This document shows positions 30,093 through 43,974 of a stretch of DNA of 64,000 bases, in pieces. The stretch covers positions 49,042,001-49,106,000 of the forward strand of contig OZ024742.1 of NCBI GenBank assembly GCA_964016885.1, in the 5' to 3' direction. Both the position numbers and the translations under genes were made by a program. Each line of letters begins with the position of its first letter. Position 1 is the stretch's first letter. This stretch comes from Eledone cirrhosa (lineage: Eukaryota). Below the pieces are notes generated by a model, which worked only from the letters and a program-made list of their open reading frames with translations, made no database searches and had not been told where the DNA came from.

Positions 30093-33000
30093 GAATGCCA
30101 TGGTTGACGGAGGCTCGGTTCTGTAAGGTATTGTAATTTTTAACCGTTATAACAATTGTAAATTGTTTAAAACTTGAACCAAATTGTAGATAAAGACACC
30201 CTCCTCCTCGTGAGAGGGGTCTTTCTGCTCGTTATTTGGCCCTTCGAGGGATTTGTGACCAATATTCATTTTAAACCGTAAAAAAGCATGGCTACAAAAA
30301 AGAATTTTCACAAGTAAATCCCACTCCTTCCGTCTTCTTCTTCCCCAATCGTCATTACGTCAGAGAAAAGATTGTCTCTCTCCCTCCCTTCTCTAAATGT
30401 GGTGTCGCCTCTGTCACCTCTTTCGCAAGCGATGCCATTAAAGAAAAAGAAAAATGTAGTTTCTCGTAGCATTCTTCATCAAGAGAACGCGCGTACCGTG
30501 GAACATTTCTCCACGACGACAACAACTACGAAAGATGTGTGCGGTAAATACGGAAAGCCATTTTATTCGTCTGACGTCATGAAGAATAGCAGCAGCAGCC
30601 GTAATAACAACAACAACAACAACAACAACAGCAGCAACAGCGGCGGCGGCGGTCGTAGTACCAGCAGCAACAACAAAATTAACAGCAGCTCTGACGACAA
30701 CAACAACAAGAAAGATTAAACAATCTCGTTTGCAGGTATCGCAAAGAACCTGGAAACCATGCTTATGACAAATGAGGAATTACAGGAAGCAAGGAAGATG
30801 GTGACGAAAACTGGACACCGAGCAATCTGTAAGGCAACCGAAGAATTTTTAGAAACCCAACAGCACTGTACGGTCACGTACCGTATAGTAAGCACAAAAT
30901 CACGTAGGGTTGAAAGAGCCACAGAGGTTCAAATACAAAAAGCCTTAGGGTCTGTGTGGCAGCGGAAAACGCATATCACCCGAGGCAAGAAATATGCCAC
31001 CGTCGACGTGCTTTTTGCCACAACCCATGAAGCAAAGGCTCAATCCTTACTAACCCTAGGGAGCGAGGAAATGGTGTTGGTGCCCTCCTACTACGGGCAA
31101 AAAATTGTGAGGGTCAAATTGACCCGAGTCCCTCCCGGTATGACCCCTTCTTGGCTGGCCGCGTCTGTCCTCGTCGGAATCGAGGATAAAACAACTGTAC
31201 TGTAAGTACAGAAAAAAGTACGAGAAGATTGGGTCGGTGCCTCCATTGAGATGTTAATTCAAGCCAACCAGGAGTACATCGAAGCTATCCCGGATGTGAT
31301 AGACTTCGATAACGGCACTCAGCTTCCCATAAGTGTTGAGGGCAAATGCCCGAAGTGCTTTCGCTGTGGGTCAAAAACTCACCTCAGGGCCTTCTGCAAT
31401 GAAAAGACCCTGAGAAAGGAGAAACCGGCTCCACTGCTACCAGCAACAGGATAGGCGGCAAGCAGGAAGGATAGGTCCGTGGCACCCATACCCACGCCAC
31501 GGAAATCAAGAACAGCAGCAGCAGTGGAAGTATTAACCAACTGCAGCTGCAACAGAGACTCAACTGCAACCATCACCAACAAGAACAAGTGAAAGAGTGG
31601 AGCTGGTACCCCTCCCCGACCTCACAGAATCAGACATGGAGTGTGAGGTGGGGGAGGGATGACAAAAGCTCGCAAGAAGGCACAAACGCAGAAGCAGCGC
31701 ATCGTCGCCTTCGAAAAGGGAGGAAAGAAATGAAAAAAGGGTAAAGGCTACTGCAAAGAGACTCACAGCAGCAACAACACCAACACCATCACCCACACTA
31801 GCACCACCATCACCACCGGCGACAACCCCACCACCAACAACAACACCTTCAACACCACCACCACAAGCACCAACATCACAAACACAACAAAACATACACA
31901 CCCAGCAAAAACGACAAGAAAATAGCAGAACCACACTCCAACCCCAGAAAAAGAAATGCACAGTAATAAATACACACAATAAGAAACTAATGACTTACAT
32001 AATTGAACACAGACATTTGACAGCACGACTACATAATACCAGCACCAATCAAAACACCAACGAACATAAGACTGGTAAGAATATCACAGAAAAAATACAC
32101 AAACATTAAAATGAAATTCCCCAACGCAGTAGGGGATTTCAGAGACCTAGGAGGGATACTCAACCGGAGAGTATACTCGGATATACTCACATAACAGCAC
32201 GACAAGCCGAAGGGACGATTCAACGGTCCCTTCACCAGACGATCAAGGTAAGAGATCCTTTCTCACTTGCCCCGTTCCTCACCCAACATGGCCGTATTCA
32301 GGATCGGAAGTGTAAACGTGCGTGGCTTGAGGTCGGTTTGGAACCAGTGTCACTTGCTTAACGACCTCAGGTCACTAAACATAGATGTGGTGGCCATCAG
32401 CGAGACGAGAATCTCCGAAACGCAAGCTTTCAAACCGGTCTTCGACGGTTCCGAGGTGTACGCATCTCCGGGTCGTCCGGTAGCGGGGGGCGGAGTGGCT
32501 GTGTTGTTTCGGAAAGGCTTGGGTCTCGCCATACGGACCATCTTCCTGGACCCAGAAGGTAAGTCGGTGGTGCTGGACGTAAGCGGCACCGAAGGCAACG
32601 CTTTCAAGCTAGTACCCGTTTATGCCCCGACAGGGACAGGACGGCCAGATTTCTGCAGACTTCTAGAGGCCTTTCTTGGAACGTCCCGCTCTTTAGTGTT
32701 AGTGGGCGACTGGAACGGTATCTTGGATGCACGCTGAGATTGTGTGGGGCTAGTGGATAGGGGAGGAGGGTGCAAGAGCCTCACGAACCTACTCAGACGT
32801 TTTGAACTGTTGGACAAGTATCAACTGGATCACCCGAATGTGCCAATGTGGACATGGACAAACCGCATCGGGTCATCCAGATCATATCTCGATAGGGTAT
32901 TCTGCAGAGAACTAGATAAGGCTAGTATAAGTTGTCCACAATTTAAAATAGTCGACTACACAGACCACAAATTTGTGATCTGTGAGATCATCATAGACAG

Positions 33001-35575
33001 ACTTTATAGATAAGGACCCGGTTACTGGAAGCTGAACGCGTCTTTCCCTGCGCGCAAAGCCTACAGTGACCGGATTAGCGTATTAGTTAAGCGGGTATTG
33101 ACGGGAACGGTTGTCAACAACAGGTGGTGGTTCGCCCTGAAAAGAGCAATTAAAGTAGAGTCGATTAGGTTTCGCAAAGGACTAGTGATAGAGGAAAATA
33201 GAGTAGAGGGAGAGCTAGTCAGAAATCAAGAAGAAGCGTTTAGGACAGGCATCGCAACCAACGTGCTTGCGGCGAGATTGGCACTCTACCAATTCTTCAA
33301 CGCAAAACACGAAGGCTGCGTTGTCAGAGCTAGAGCGCGTGCTCTGAAACACGAGGGGACAAAAGCCGTCCAATGGGCCCGGGTGGCAGAGGCGCGACGT
33401 GGCAACAAAGCCACAATTCGGTCTTTATCTGACCAAAACCCGAGCAGATGTGTGAAGCTTTTCAGCAGCCCTTTGCTGAACTGTTCGGGAGCAGCGACGG
33501 GCCGGATCGGGGTATGGACTTCAGTACATACCTCGACGGACTGCCTCAGCTCTCGACGACCGCAGCACAGTGTTGCGAAAAGCCAATAAAAGCCTGTGAA
33601 ATAAGGGAAGCGAGGGGTAAGTTGCCAGGTTTGGATGGTCTGCGCTACGAGCTTTATGCATTTATTCCAGACTTGTTCGGTGACCTCTTGGCAGACGTCT
33701 ACTGCAACTGGCAGCAGATCGGGAGCATTTCCAGTTTTGTGAGCCGAGAAGGGGTGGCCCTGCTGAGAAAAGACCCGAACAAGGGGGATCTTATCGATAA
33801 TTTCAGGCCCATAACCCTGCTAAACGTAGAGTTCAAGATTTTGGCCAAGGTGTTAGCAACGATGTTGGCGCTTGTCATCAAGGTTTTAGTGGGAGAGACG
33901 CAGACATGCGCCATTCCGGACAGATCCATACACGACAATCTCCACCTCATGCGATACATCATAGAGAGGGTAGGGTGTAAACCTGGCTTCGGTGGGGCAC
34001 TGATCAATTTAGATCAATCGAAAGTATTTGATAGGGTCGACCATCGGTGTCTGGAGTTTGTCCTCAAAGCAGCTGGCTTCGGCCCTGTCTTCAGAAGCTG
34101 GATCGCTGCAATGCACAGCGGCACACGCTCGGTGGTCACCTCTCGGAACCATTTCGGCTCTCCCGATCGGTCCGTCAAAAGTGCCATCTCTCTTCCCTTC
34201 TGTACGTATTGACTCTCGAGTCTTTACTGCGGAAGCTGGAGCTGTTGCAGGGCATCCCGCTCGAACCGGGACGTGGAAAGGCGGTGTCGGCTTATGCGGA
34301 CGACATCACCGTGATAGTTTCGAACACCTTAGAAGTCGAGGTGGTCGGCACCATATTGAAGGAATATGAAAGGTTGACAGGAGCCAAACTTAACCCGGAA
34401 AAGTCGGTGGGCTTGCAGCTCGGAACCTGGAGAGGCAAGCCCATGCCGTCCAACAGCGTCTTGGGGCGCTGGACGGACGGACCGGTAAAGTTGCTCGGGG
34501 TTTGGTTCGGACCAGACCTCCAGCTGGATAAGAATTGGGATGAGGTAACGAGCAGAATAGCCAGTTTCACCCAAAAATGGGCTGGGAGGAAGCCATCACT
34601 GAAAAGTCGCGCGGAGGTGGCGAATGCGTACATCGCGTCCGTCATCTACTACCGCCTGACCGTTGTGCTTTGTCCCCGTCCACGCCTCGTCAAGTTGGAA
34701 CGGGTCCTCTTCAAATTCTTGTGGAGGGGACAATTTCCGTTGGTGAGGCGGTCCATCTGCTGCCAGCACCATCTACGTGGAGGGCTGGGCATGCCGTGGC
34801 TAATGATGCGCAGACTTGCGTTGAGGCTGCGACCTCTTCAGATATTCTGCCTCAACGGTGAACAGGTGTGGTCGCCATTTATCAGACGGGCCTTTCCACA
34901 GCTCATTTTTTTGACTGAGCTGCAGTCCTGGGTCAAGTAGAGACTGAGACTGGGTGAGTGGCTCCTGGAATGTTGCCAGGCACTCACTGCCCTCTACTAA
35001 GCGGGCAATTCGATCAGTGGAACTTCCACTCTCGAGTTCTATAGAGGATTAGTGGTGGGCAAGTGCGATGAGGCACTCGGAGAAGCTTGGGGCCTCGACG
35101 AATTCGAACTGACCAGTCTGTACCGGAGGACTTTTGAGCCGGGAACGATAGACAATTTCCAGAAATCCCTCCCTTGGCAGTGCTACCGGGGCCGGGGGGG
35201 GGGGGGCACTGCCGGTTCGGGATAAACTCTACAGGCACGGAAGTGCTGTCAGACGGACCTGCCCAAGATGCGCACAGAACGACGAAACCGTTCTGCACGC
35301 TAACTTAAGGAGAACGGTGCTCTCGCTGGGTGCCCTAGAAGCGCAGGGTGGTTCAGGATTGGTGGGGTACCTGAGTCACCCCAGGGTCGTCCATCCCCTA
35401 TAGGGGAATTTATTTTGTTATATTTATGCATAGTTTATTTTATATTTTTTATATCTCCATTGTTAAATTAGTCTTGCCATTGTGCACTTTTATTCGACCT
35501 TATTGTAAACCCCCACTGTCCCTGTCTTTGTATTGTCCCCTACATGTCGGCCCTTATGGCTAATAAATGAAATCA

Positions 35576-35616
<41 letters not shown>
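30093..35616 (+). mobile_element. Tx1/L1-clade LINE, copy A (degenerate; deletion near ORF2 end at ~35302)
   Basis: ORF1 remnants with CFRCGSKTHLRAFC knuckle; ORF2 APE-RT with stops and frameshifts; AATAAA at 35562 then (ATT)n tail. Confidence 0.92.
32288..35302 (+). pseudogene. Copy A ORF2 (APE endonuclease, RT, zinc finger)
   Basis: NVRGL, ISET, GDWN, SYLDR, YTDH, YWKLN, FRPITLLN, LDQSK.FDRV, AYADD, GGLGMP, CPRC. Confidence 0.92.
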
Positions 35617-35819
35617 GGCGACCTACGTAGTAAATCGTATCATCGTGAGCTCCGCAAAGGTTTATTTCCGTTTGTTAAAAATTGCCATTTATGGAAAATT
35701 TTATTGTTAACTGTTTATAAGCACACATACATTGTTTTCCGAAAAGGACACCCAAAAAGATTGGGGCCTTGGGCCCAAAATTTTAACTTTTATTATTATC
35801 CAAAAATTTCTTTGAAAAA

Positions 35820-37768
35820 ATGGCTAATTTCCCTCTGCACGAAGCAGCTGAAAGCCTTCCTCACAAAATAACACCTCACACCGACACCACCATTGTAAAT
35901 GTTACTACGTTTGCCAACACAAAAACAAATATAAGCAGTAGCAATATTTTAAATTTGTCTCAGGCAGACATTCATTTCCCGCCATTACCAATGACTGCAG
36001 GTGTTAAAGCCTCCACCACCACCACCACCGCGACAACCACCACCCCCACCACCACCGCGACAACAGAAACAAAAGAAGAAAAAAATAAATTAACTCGTGA
36101 TGACGAAATGAAATCAAGCAAAATGGACTCTTCCGCATCAAAGACGACTGACGTCACCACAACCACAACTGAAACTAAAATTAATATTAACACAAATAAC
36201 GATAGCAACAACAACAACAATGACATTATAAAACCAACCCTCAGTTTCGCCAGAGTAGCAAAACAATTCGAAGCATTCACGGTAACTCAAGAGGATTTAG
36301 AAAATGCCAAACAAATGGTAAAGAAAGATGGGTACATGGTCAGCCTCACCCCCCCCGCCCCCCACCTAATAAAATGGAGCATCGGCGCCTATGCACCGTG
36401 TCGTATAGAACAATAAATGTAAAATCGCGCCGAGTGGAACGGGCATCCGAGTCCCAAATCCAAAAAGCTTTGGGACATGTGTGGGCAAGAAAAACCCACA
36501 TCAGACGTGGGCAAAAGTATGGAACCGTGGATGTGTTCTTTGAAACACCAGAGGAGGCTAGAGAACACTCCATGCCCCCATTAAAAAGTGACGACTTCAC
36601 ACTCGTCCCAAGCTATTGTGGCCAGAGACTCGTAAAGATCAGGGTGACCCACGTTCCACCGGCCATCGAAATTCCCTGGCTAATAGCGGCTGTCCTCGCC
36701 GGCATCGAAGCCAACACGAAAATAATAGCAATACCAAAAGACAAGCAGGAAAACTGGTCCGGATCTGGGATGGAGCTCCTAATCCAAGCGGACCAAAAGA
36801 GCATTGAGGAGATCCCAGAGGTAATAGACCTCACTGACGGCAGCCACCTCACGGTAATTGTCGAGGGCAGAAGACCTAGGTGTGTCGTTTGTGGTGAAGG
36901 AACCCACCTAAGGGCTTTCTGCCCTCAGGCTAAAAGGTTGAGGCCACCTCTCCTACTCACCCCATCAGCACCACCAGTAGCAGAGATGGCAGCAACAACT
37001 GTAGCAGCAAAAACAGAAGCAACTATAACAGCAACAACCCCGGCAACAGTAGCAAAACCAACACCACCACCACCCAACGCTTCAGAACTAGCACCAGCGC
37101 CTACACCATCCACCACACCACAACCAAAACTAACGGCTGTGGAGGATTTTCCACTCCCCGGCCTATCACAACTGGAGACAGATTGTGACGACGTGGATTG
37201 GGAAACGATATCCGGAAAAAAAAAAAGAAACCAAAAAAGAAAAAATTCTCTTCCTTCCCCCTCCAAAAACAAAATACAGAGGGAAACAAATAAACTAAGA
37301 AACAAAAAAGTTAGGACAGATATGCCACTATCCACACCAGCATCACCAACCCCATCAACCCAAACACCATCATTAACTCCAACACCACCATCACCTACAC
37401 CACAAAAGTCACCAAAATGCGAAACAGAAACAAACCCACAACAAACGCAAACAAAACAAAACAACCAAAACGATACACACTACACAGCATTAAATTTGAA
37501 CAAGCAATTATTACACTACAGCCAACACAACACCAGCATCACAGAAAAAGACTACACAACAACCCCAAAATTCACACCACCTCCACACATACAAATCACT
37601 CGCATCACACAGAAAACGTACATGACACTAAAACAAAAATTCCCCAAAGACATCGGAGACTTCCGACAAGCACTCTCCAGGAGGATTTATAAGGACATCC
37701 TTCCTGAGGAGGCCACAAGCAGTGAAAAGGATGGAAAAACCGTCCTTCCCCTACGAGAAGTAAGGTAA
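35820..37768 (+). pseudogene. Copy B ORF1 (RRM-like region plus a single CCHC knuckle); one frameshift in the poly-C run at ~36350
   Basis: ORFs 35820-36416 and 36374-37768; YGTVDVFFET, CVVCGEGTHLRAFC; homologous to copy A ORF1. Confidence 0.88.
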
Positions 37769-37802
37769 GTGGTCTTTCCCATCTTTTCCACTCCTTTTCA
37801 AC

Positions 37803-40800
37803 ATGACCTCACTCAGAATAGGCAGCATAAATGCGCGTGGCTTGGGGTCGTCATGGAAGCAGGGCCACCTGCTCAACGACCTCAGGTCACTAAACATAGA
37901 TGTAGTGGCCATCAGCGAGACCAGAATCTCCGAAGCACAGGCTTTCGCACCGATCTTCGGCGGCTACGATGTGTACGCATCTCCCAGCCGTCCGGGATCG
38001 GGGGGAGGAGTTGCTGTGCTTTTTCGGAGAGGTTTGGATCTTGCCATACGGGCCATCTTCCTGGACCCAGAAGGTAAGTTGGTGGTGCTGGACGTGACCA
38101 GCGGAGACGGGCAAGCTTTCAGGTTAGTGGCCGTCTATGCCCCGACAGGAGCAGAGCGGCCTGATTTCTTCCGGCGTCTGGAGACCTTTCTTGGAACGTC
38201 CCGCTCTTTAGTGTTAGTGGGCGACTGGAACGGGATCTTAGATGCACGCTGGGATTGTGTGGGATTAGTGGATAGGGAAGGAGGGTGCAAGAGTCTCACC
38301 AACCTGCTTAGACGTTTTGAACTGTCTGACAGGTACCGAATGGATTTCCCGAATGGACCAATGTGGACTTGGAAAAATCGCATAGGGTCATCCAGATCAT
38401 ATCTAGATAGAGTATTTTGTAGGGAAATAGATAGGTCTAGCATAGGCTGTCCACAATTCAAGATAGTCAGCTACACGGACCACAAATTCGTGATCTGTGT
38501 GCTTGACTTAGATAGGCTTCATAGGCGAGGACCCAGCTACTGGAAGCTAAACGCGTCCTTACCAGCGCGCAAGGCCTACAGAGACCGGATTAGCGAACTA
38601 GTTAAGCGGGCGTTGACGGGGGCCATCGTCAACAACAAGTGGTGGTTTGCTCTGAAAAGAGCAATTAGAATAGAGTCCATTAGGTTTAGTAAGACTTTAG
38701 CAATAGAGAAAAATAGAGCAGAGGGAGAACTAGTTAGAAAATTATATGAAGCGCTTAGCAAAGGCATCGCGACCGACGTACTTGCGGCGAAATTGGCCCT
38801 TGAACAATTCTTCAATGCAAAGCACGAAGGCTGCGTTGTCAGAGCTAGGGTGCGTGCTCTCAGACACGAGAGGTCGAAAGCCGTTCAATTGGCCCGAGTG
38901 GCGGAGGCGCGTCGTGGCAACAAAGCCACGATCCGGTCTTTGGTGGACCACGACGGGCGCATGCTACTCGATCCCGGGCAAATGTGTGAAGCTTTTCAGC
39001 GACACTTCGCTCAACTGTTCGGGGGCAGTGGCGGGCCGGATCGAGGGATGGACTTTAGTGTCTGCCTCGACGGACTGCCGCGGCTTTCGGCCACTGAGGC
39101 GGAGTGTTGCGAAAAGCCGATAACAACCGCTGAAGTACGGGATGCAATGACTAGTTGCACAAGGGGTAAATCGATTGGTTTGGATGGTCTGCCCTATGAA
39201 CTTTACGTACAAATGCCAAACTTGTTCGGAGGCCTCTTGGCGGACGTCTACTGCAACTGGCAACAGAACGGGAGAATTTCCAGCTCTGTGAGCCGAGGAG
39301 CGGTGGCGCTGCTGAGAAAGGATCCGAACAAGGGGGATAACATAGATAATTTTAGGCCCATAACTCTGCTAAACACAGAGTTCAAGATTTTGGCCAAGGT
39401 GCTAGCAAAGAGGTTGGCGCTTGTCGTTGGTGGTCTGGTGGGAGAGGCACAGACATGCGCCATTCCCGACAGATCCATCCACGACAACCTCCACCTCATG
39501 CGATACATCGTAGAGAGGGTAGCTAGGGAACCTGGCAAGGGTGGGTCTTTGATCAATTTAGATCAATCGAAAGCCTTCGATAGGGTCGACCATCGTTACC
39601 TAGCGGCAGTCCTGAGGGCGGCTGGCTTTGGGCCCGTCTTCAGAGGCTGGATCGCTGCCATTCACAGCGACATCTGCTCTGTAGTGAGAGTGAACGGTCA
39701 CCATTCGGAACCGTTCAACATCATGCGCTCGGTCCGCCAAGGATGTCCCCTCTCGTCCCTATTGTACGTATTGACTCTCGAGCCATTACTGCACAAACTG
39801 GAGACGTTGAGGGGGTCCCGCGCGAACTAGGATGCGGAAGATCCGTGTCAGCATATGCCGACGATGTCACCCTAGTGGTGTCGAACGCCAAACACATCGA
39901 GGCGATCGGCACTACACTAAGAGAATACGAAGCGGTGACAGGAGCAATGATCATCCAGGAAAAGTCAGTGGGCCTGCAGCTCGGCACCTGGAGAGGCAGG
40001 TCCATGCCGTCCAACAGCGTCGTCGGGCGCTGGATGGACGGACCGGTTAAATTGCTAGGGGTCTGGTTCGGTCCAGACCTCCAGACGGACAAAAACTGGG
40101 ACGAGGTGACGAGCAGGGTGGCTTCTCTCCCCCAGAAATGGGCCGAGTGGAAGCTATCCCTGAAAGGTCGAGCGGAGGTGGCGAATGCGTACATCGCATC
40201 CGTCATCTACTACCGCCTGACCGTCGTACCTTGTCCTAAGCCCCGCCTGACTGCGCTGGAGCGTTTGCTGTTTCGCTTCTTGTGGTAGGGACGCGCTCCG
40301 ATGGTCAGGCGGTCCATCTGCTGTCAACACCCGCTACGTGGAGGGCTGGGCATGCCGTGGCTGATGATGCGCAGACACGCGCTCAGGCTACGACATCTCC
40401 ACCTCTTCCTCGACGGTGATCAGGTGTGGTCGCCGTTTGCTAGACACGTTTTTCCCCAGCTCGTCTCCTTGACGGAGCTGCAGTCCTGGGTCAAGCGAAG
40501 ACCGAGAGGGAGCGCTTGGAGACTGGAATGTCTTCAGGCGCTCACAGCCCTCGACCAATCGGGCAATGTGATCGGTGGAAACTCCACCTTGGCGTTCTAT
40601 AGGGGATTAGTGGAGGGGAAGAGCGACGACGTACTTGGAGAAACTCTAGGCGTCGATGAAAATCAACTAGCCAATCTCTTCGGAAGGACTTTCGGGCCGG
40701 GGCCTATGGACAACTTCCAGAAATCCCTGGCCTGGCAGTGCTACCGAGGAGCTTTGCCAGTTCGGGATAAACTCTACAGGCATGGAGGTGCCGTCAGCCG

Positions 40801-41221
40801 GGCATGTCCGAGATGCGCGCAGGGCGACGAAACAGTCCTGCACTCACTCGTCCAGTGTCCGAGCATTGCTGACTTGTGGGTTTATGTCGAACACCTGCTG
40901 TCACGTGTAGGACGGATCCAGCTATCAGCTGAGTCCATCGTGAGGATTGCCCCGCCCCCTTCCTTTAGCCGGGAAGGGCAGGCAGTTTTTATCTGTTTGG
41001 TGGCCATGGCAAAAGAGATAGTATGGTGGACACGTTTGAAAGGGCTGAAGACGAGCACTTACCTCTTCGGTGATGCCCTGATTAACTTTTTCAAATTTCA
41101 TTTGAAAAGGAAAATCAGGGTAGAGAGGGAAGTGCTCTCTTCCCAGCATTTTGTTGAAAGATGGGTGAGAGAAGCAAGTATGGCCCGAATGAATGGGCCT
41201 TCTCTGAGTATGTGTCTGTAA
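37803..41221 (+). pseudogene. Copy B ORF2 (APE-RT-zf); one frameshift at ~39815 and one TAG at 40286-40288
   Basis: NARGL, GDWN, YTDH, GPSYWKLNASL, GLDGLPYE, FRPITLLNTEFK, VRQGCPLS, AYADD, LSLKGR, CPRC..ETVLHSLVQC. Confidence 0.95.
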
Positions 41222-41464
41222 ATTAAAGGTGGAAAACTGGGAGAGGGCACTTGCCCTGGTGGTCAGGGCCACTGTGGTCTTTTAATGGGCTTTCTCCACA
41301 AATGTCCCTCGGAAGTCTCCCCCTATTGGGGAATTTTTCTTTGTTATCTTATTTCAACCTCTGTTTTTTTTTACACGCAGAAATGCCCATTTGTACCATC
41401 CTGTATTGTCCTGTACTGTCCTTAATGTCTACTTTATGTAAACCCTTGTGGTTAATAAAGAAAA

Positions 41465-41536
<72 letters not shown>

Positions 41537-41592
41537 TCTAAATAAATTTACAGAGTGTAGACAGGCGTGCCGTACCGTTCAGAGACAAACAA

Positions 41593-41860
41593 TATTATTA
41601 TTGTTTTCTGATCTAGGCACATGGAAAACACTTTGGGGGAAGGGAAAGACGATTAAATTGACGCAGTACGTGACTGGTATTTTGACGCCCTCGTAAGGAT
41701 AAAAGGCAAAATTGGTTTTGGCGAAATGTGAAATCGAATGAATAAGAGCCGTAGCTGTTAACGACTTTTACAAGCCACCACCTTCTAATGGTTTCAAACT
41801 CAAATAAACTAGGCCAACAATTTTGGGGAGTGGAAAGTCGGTTGATGTACATACATTACA
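41593..41860 (-). mobile_element. Diverged SINE fragments
   Basis: CTAGGCACA..GATTAAATTGACGCAGTACGTGACTGGTATTTT..AAGGATAAAAGGCAAAATTG. Confidence 0.55.
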
Positions 41861-41894
41861 CCAGAGACAATCAGAATAGCTAACAATAAAAAGT

Positions 41895-42190
41895 AATGGT
41901 GGATTCCTACAACGACAAATGCAACTATAACATCAATGACAAGTACTACAAAAACAAAAACAGCGACAACAATAAGAATAACAACGGCAACAACAATAAC
42001 AATAAAAACAACTATAACAAAATTGACAACAACAACTACAACATAAAATTCAACTACAACAACAAAATACGTAACTCTACTGATGCTGCTACTACCACTA
42101 CTGCTGCTGATATTACTACTACTAACACAAATGTTGTTGCTATTACTGCTACTACTAACACAACTACTACTATCACTACTGCTACAAACA
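41895..42190. repeat. Degenerate (AAC)n/(ACT)n low-complexity tract
   Basis: Direct reading. Confidence 0.85.
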
Positions 42191-43289
42191 TCTCTAAACA
42201 CACGAAACATACACACACAATAGTTTATTCGATACACTTTTCAACCAACCACACACAAAACCTTTTCCCCAAAATGTCACACTTTAAAACACACAAAATA
42301 AATAAGCACAATTGACTTTCTATCAATAACCTACAGAAATACACGCCATTCATATTTATCCTCCGTATTTATCTCCTCTTTCTAACTTCTCTCAGAGCAA
42401 CTCCAATTTAAACCTTCTCCTTGAGATCGTTTCCCAGCATGGTTACCCTTTCAAATATTTATGTATTCCTTTCTCTCTAACATTTTCGTCTCTCCACTTT
42501 CTTCTTTTCTTCTAGAAAATATTTTCCCCTCTTCGAGATTTCTTTGAAGATGAAGGACTAACTAAATCTCCCTATGCACATGTCTGTAGCACACCTTTTT
42601 ACACGTTAATTTTATAAGCAGGCAGTTCCATTGCATGAATCAACTGCAGCATACGCCATCAGTACCGGTGGAGGTCTAGCAACAAGGTGTATACATACTG
42701 AAATGGCATGAGCTAACAAGGACATTTCTACATCAAGGGTAATGAACCCCTACGAATTATTCATATTTGGAACAACCCGCTGCTGAAATTCTCAAAAATC
42801 ATGTAATAACAAAATTATTATTTTAAAGTAAGTTGCGTTGAAGATCTCATAGAGCATAAATACACTTTTATCAACCATAATACACGATACATAATCATAA
42901 TAGTTGCTTTGTCATTAATTCTGAGTTGGAGCAGCTACAAATTGATGACTTATGAAGTATGCCTTTATCAAGTTTTGTTAACGATGAAAAGCTTGTGTTG
43001 TTTTTAGATTTGTCAAGGGTCTTTGTTGATTATATCATTCTGAAGTCTAATAATTTTGAATGCTTGCAGCATTTACTGTTCATTTGTATATTTTATTAAA
43101 GATTTGCAATAAATATCTTGAAGTGCAATACTGTAAAGTGCTTCTACGATAGCTAGTACTAACGGGGGAAAAAGAGTTGCCGACAAAATACTTGTGTTTG
43201 ATCTAAAAGGGACAGATAATTATTTCTATACAAGTGCATAAAAGCTGTGCGTTTGTACAGATTGTGTTGCTGTTTATAAAAAAATACAA

Positions 43290-43490
43290 TCTTCAATGCC
43301 ACAATTTATCCAAGCATAAGAAATATTAAAAACTTAAAGGGCCTCTGTGTTTAAACATGTTAGCATTTTAAAATAATTGTTATGCAAACAACAAACTATT
43401 TGCAAAAGACATTTTCATGAACATTTTTCCGTAACACAAGCAAGTCATGAAGTGTCTCAACTAATTGCAAATAGTGAAATTCCACATCGA
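43290..43490 (+). pseudogene. Possible hAT (Buster/Charlie-like) transposase remnant
   Basis: QASHEVSQLIANSEIPH resembles the ASY.V...IAK..KPH motif; heavily degraded. Confidence 0.3.
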
Positions 43491-43974
43491 ATGTGAATTT
43501 GTTAAATAATTGAGATTTTAACTCCAGGAAGAACAGCATGTTTTATAATAATAGTTAAAGCGGGAGGACAGTTTCTAACTGCACCCCCCCCCCCCCACGC
43601 ACATACACACACACACACACATATATATATATTATTTTAAAGTATGTATATACTGGTTGATAGCGCACTTCTTACTATATATTTTAATTAATTACCCATA
43701 CGAACACTAATTATATGCAAATTAGTATGTCCATTTCAGATTGGATGATATACTCTTCCTCTAATGGTGATACAATAAGATCCAAAAATCAATTAAAGTA
43801 TATATGATATGATTTTTTTCAATTTACAGGGACATTTGTATTTTTTGGCATGATTACATGCCTACTTCTTAGACATGTGTATATATTTATACGCGTTGGT
43901 GCAATCTTTCATGCGTGCCGGTCTTCCCTCGCCAAGGGATAAGCAAAGGGAAGGGAAACGACATGGCTCCAGTG

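Larger units (their letters stand above)
35617..41535 (+). mobile_element. Tx1/L1-clade LINE, copy B (apparently full length, lightly damaged)
   Basis: Starts immediately after the (ATT)n tail of copy A; ORF1 plus ORF2; AATAAA at 41454 and (ATT)n tail. Confidence 0.95.

Noticed and set aside
32350-41272. Antisense ORFs of 60-180 aa over the Tx1 elements (and similar ones over the PLEs)
   Set aside because: Shadow frames of coding sequence with no recognisable domains
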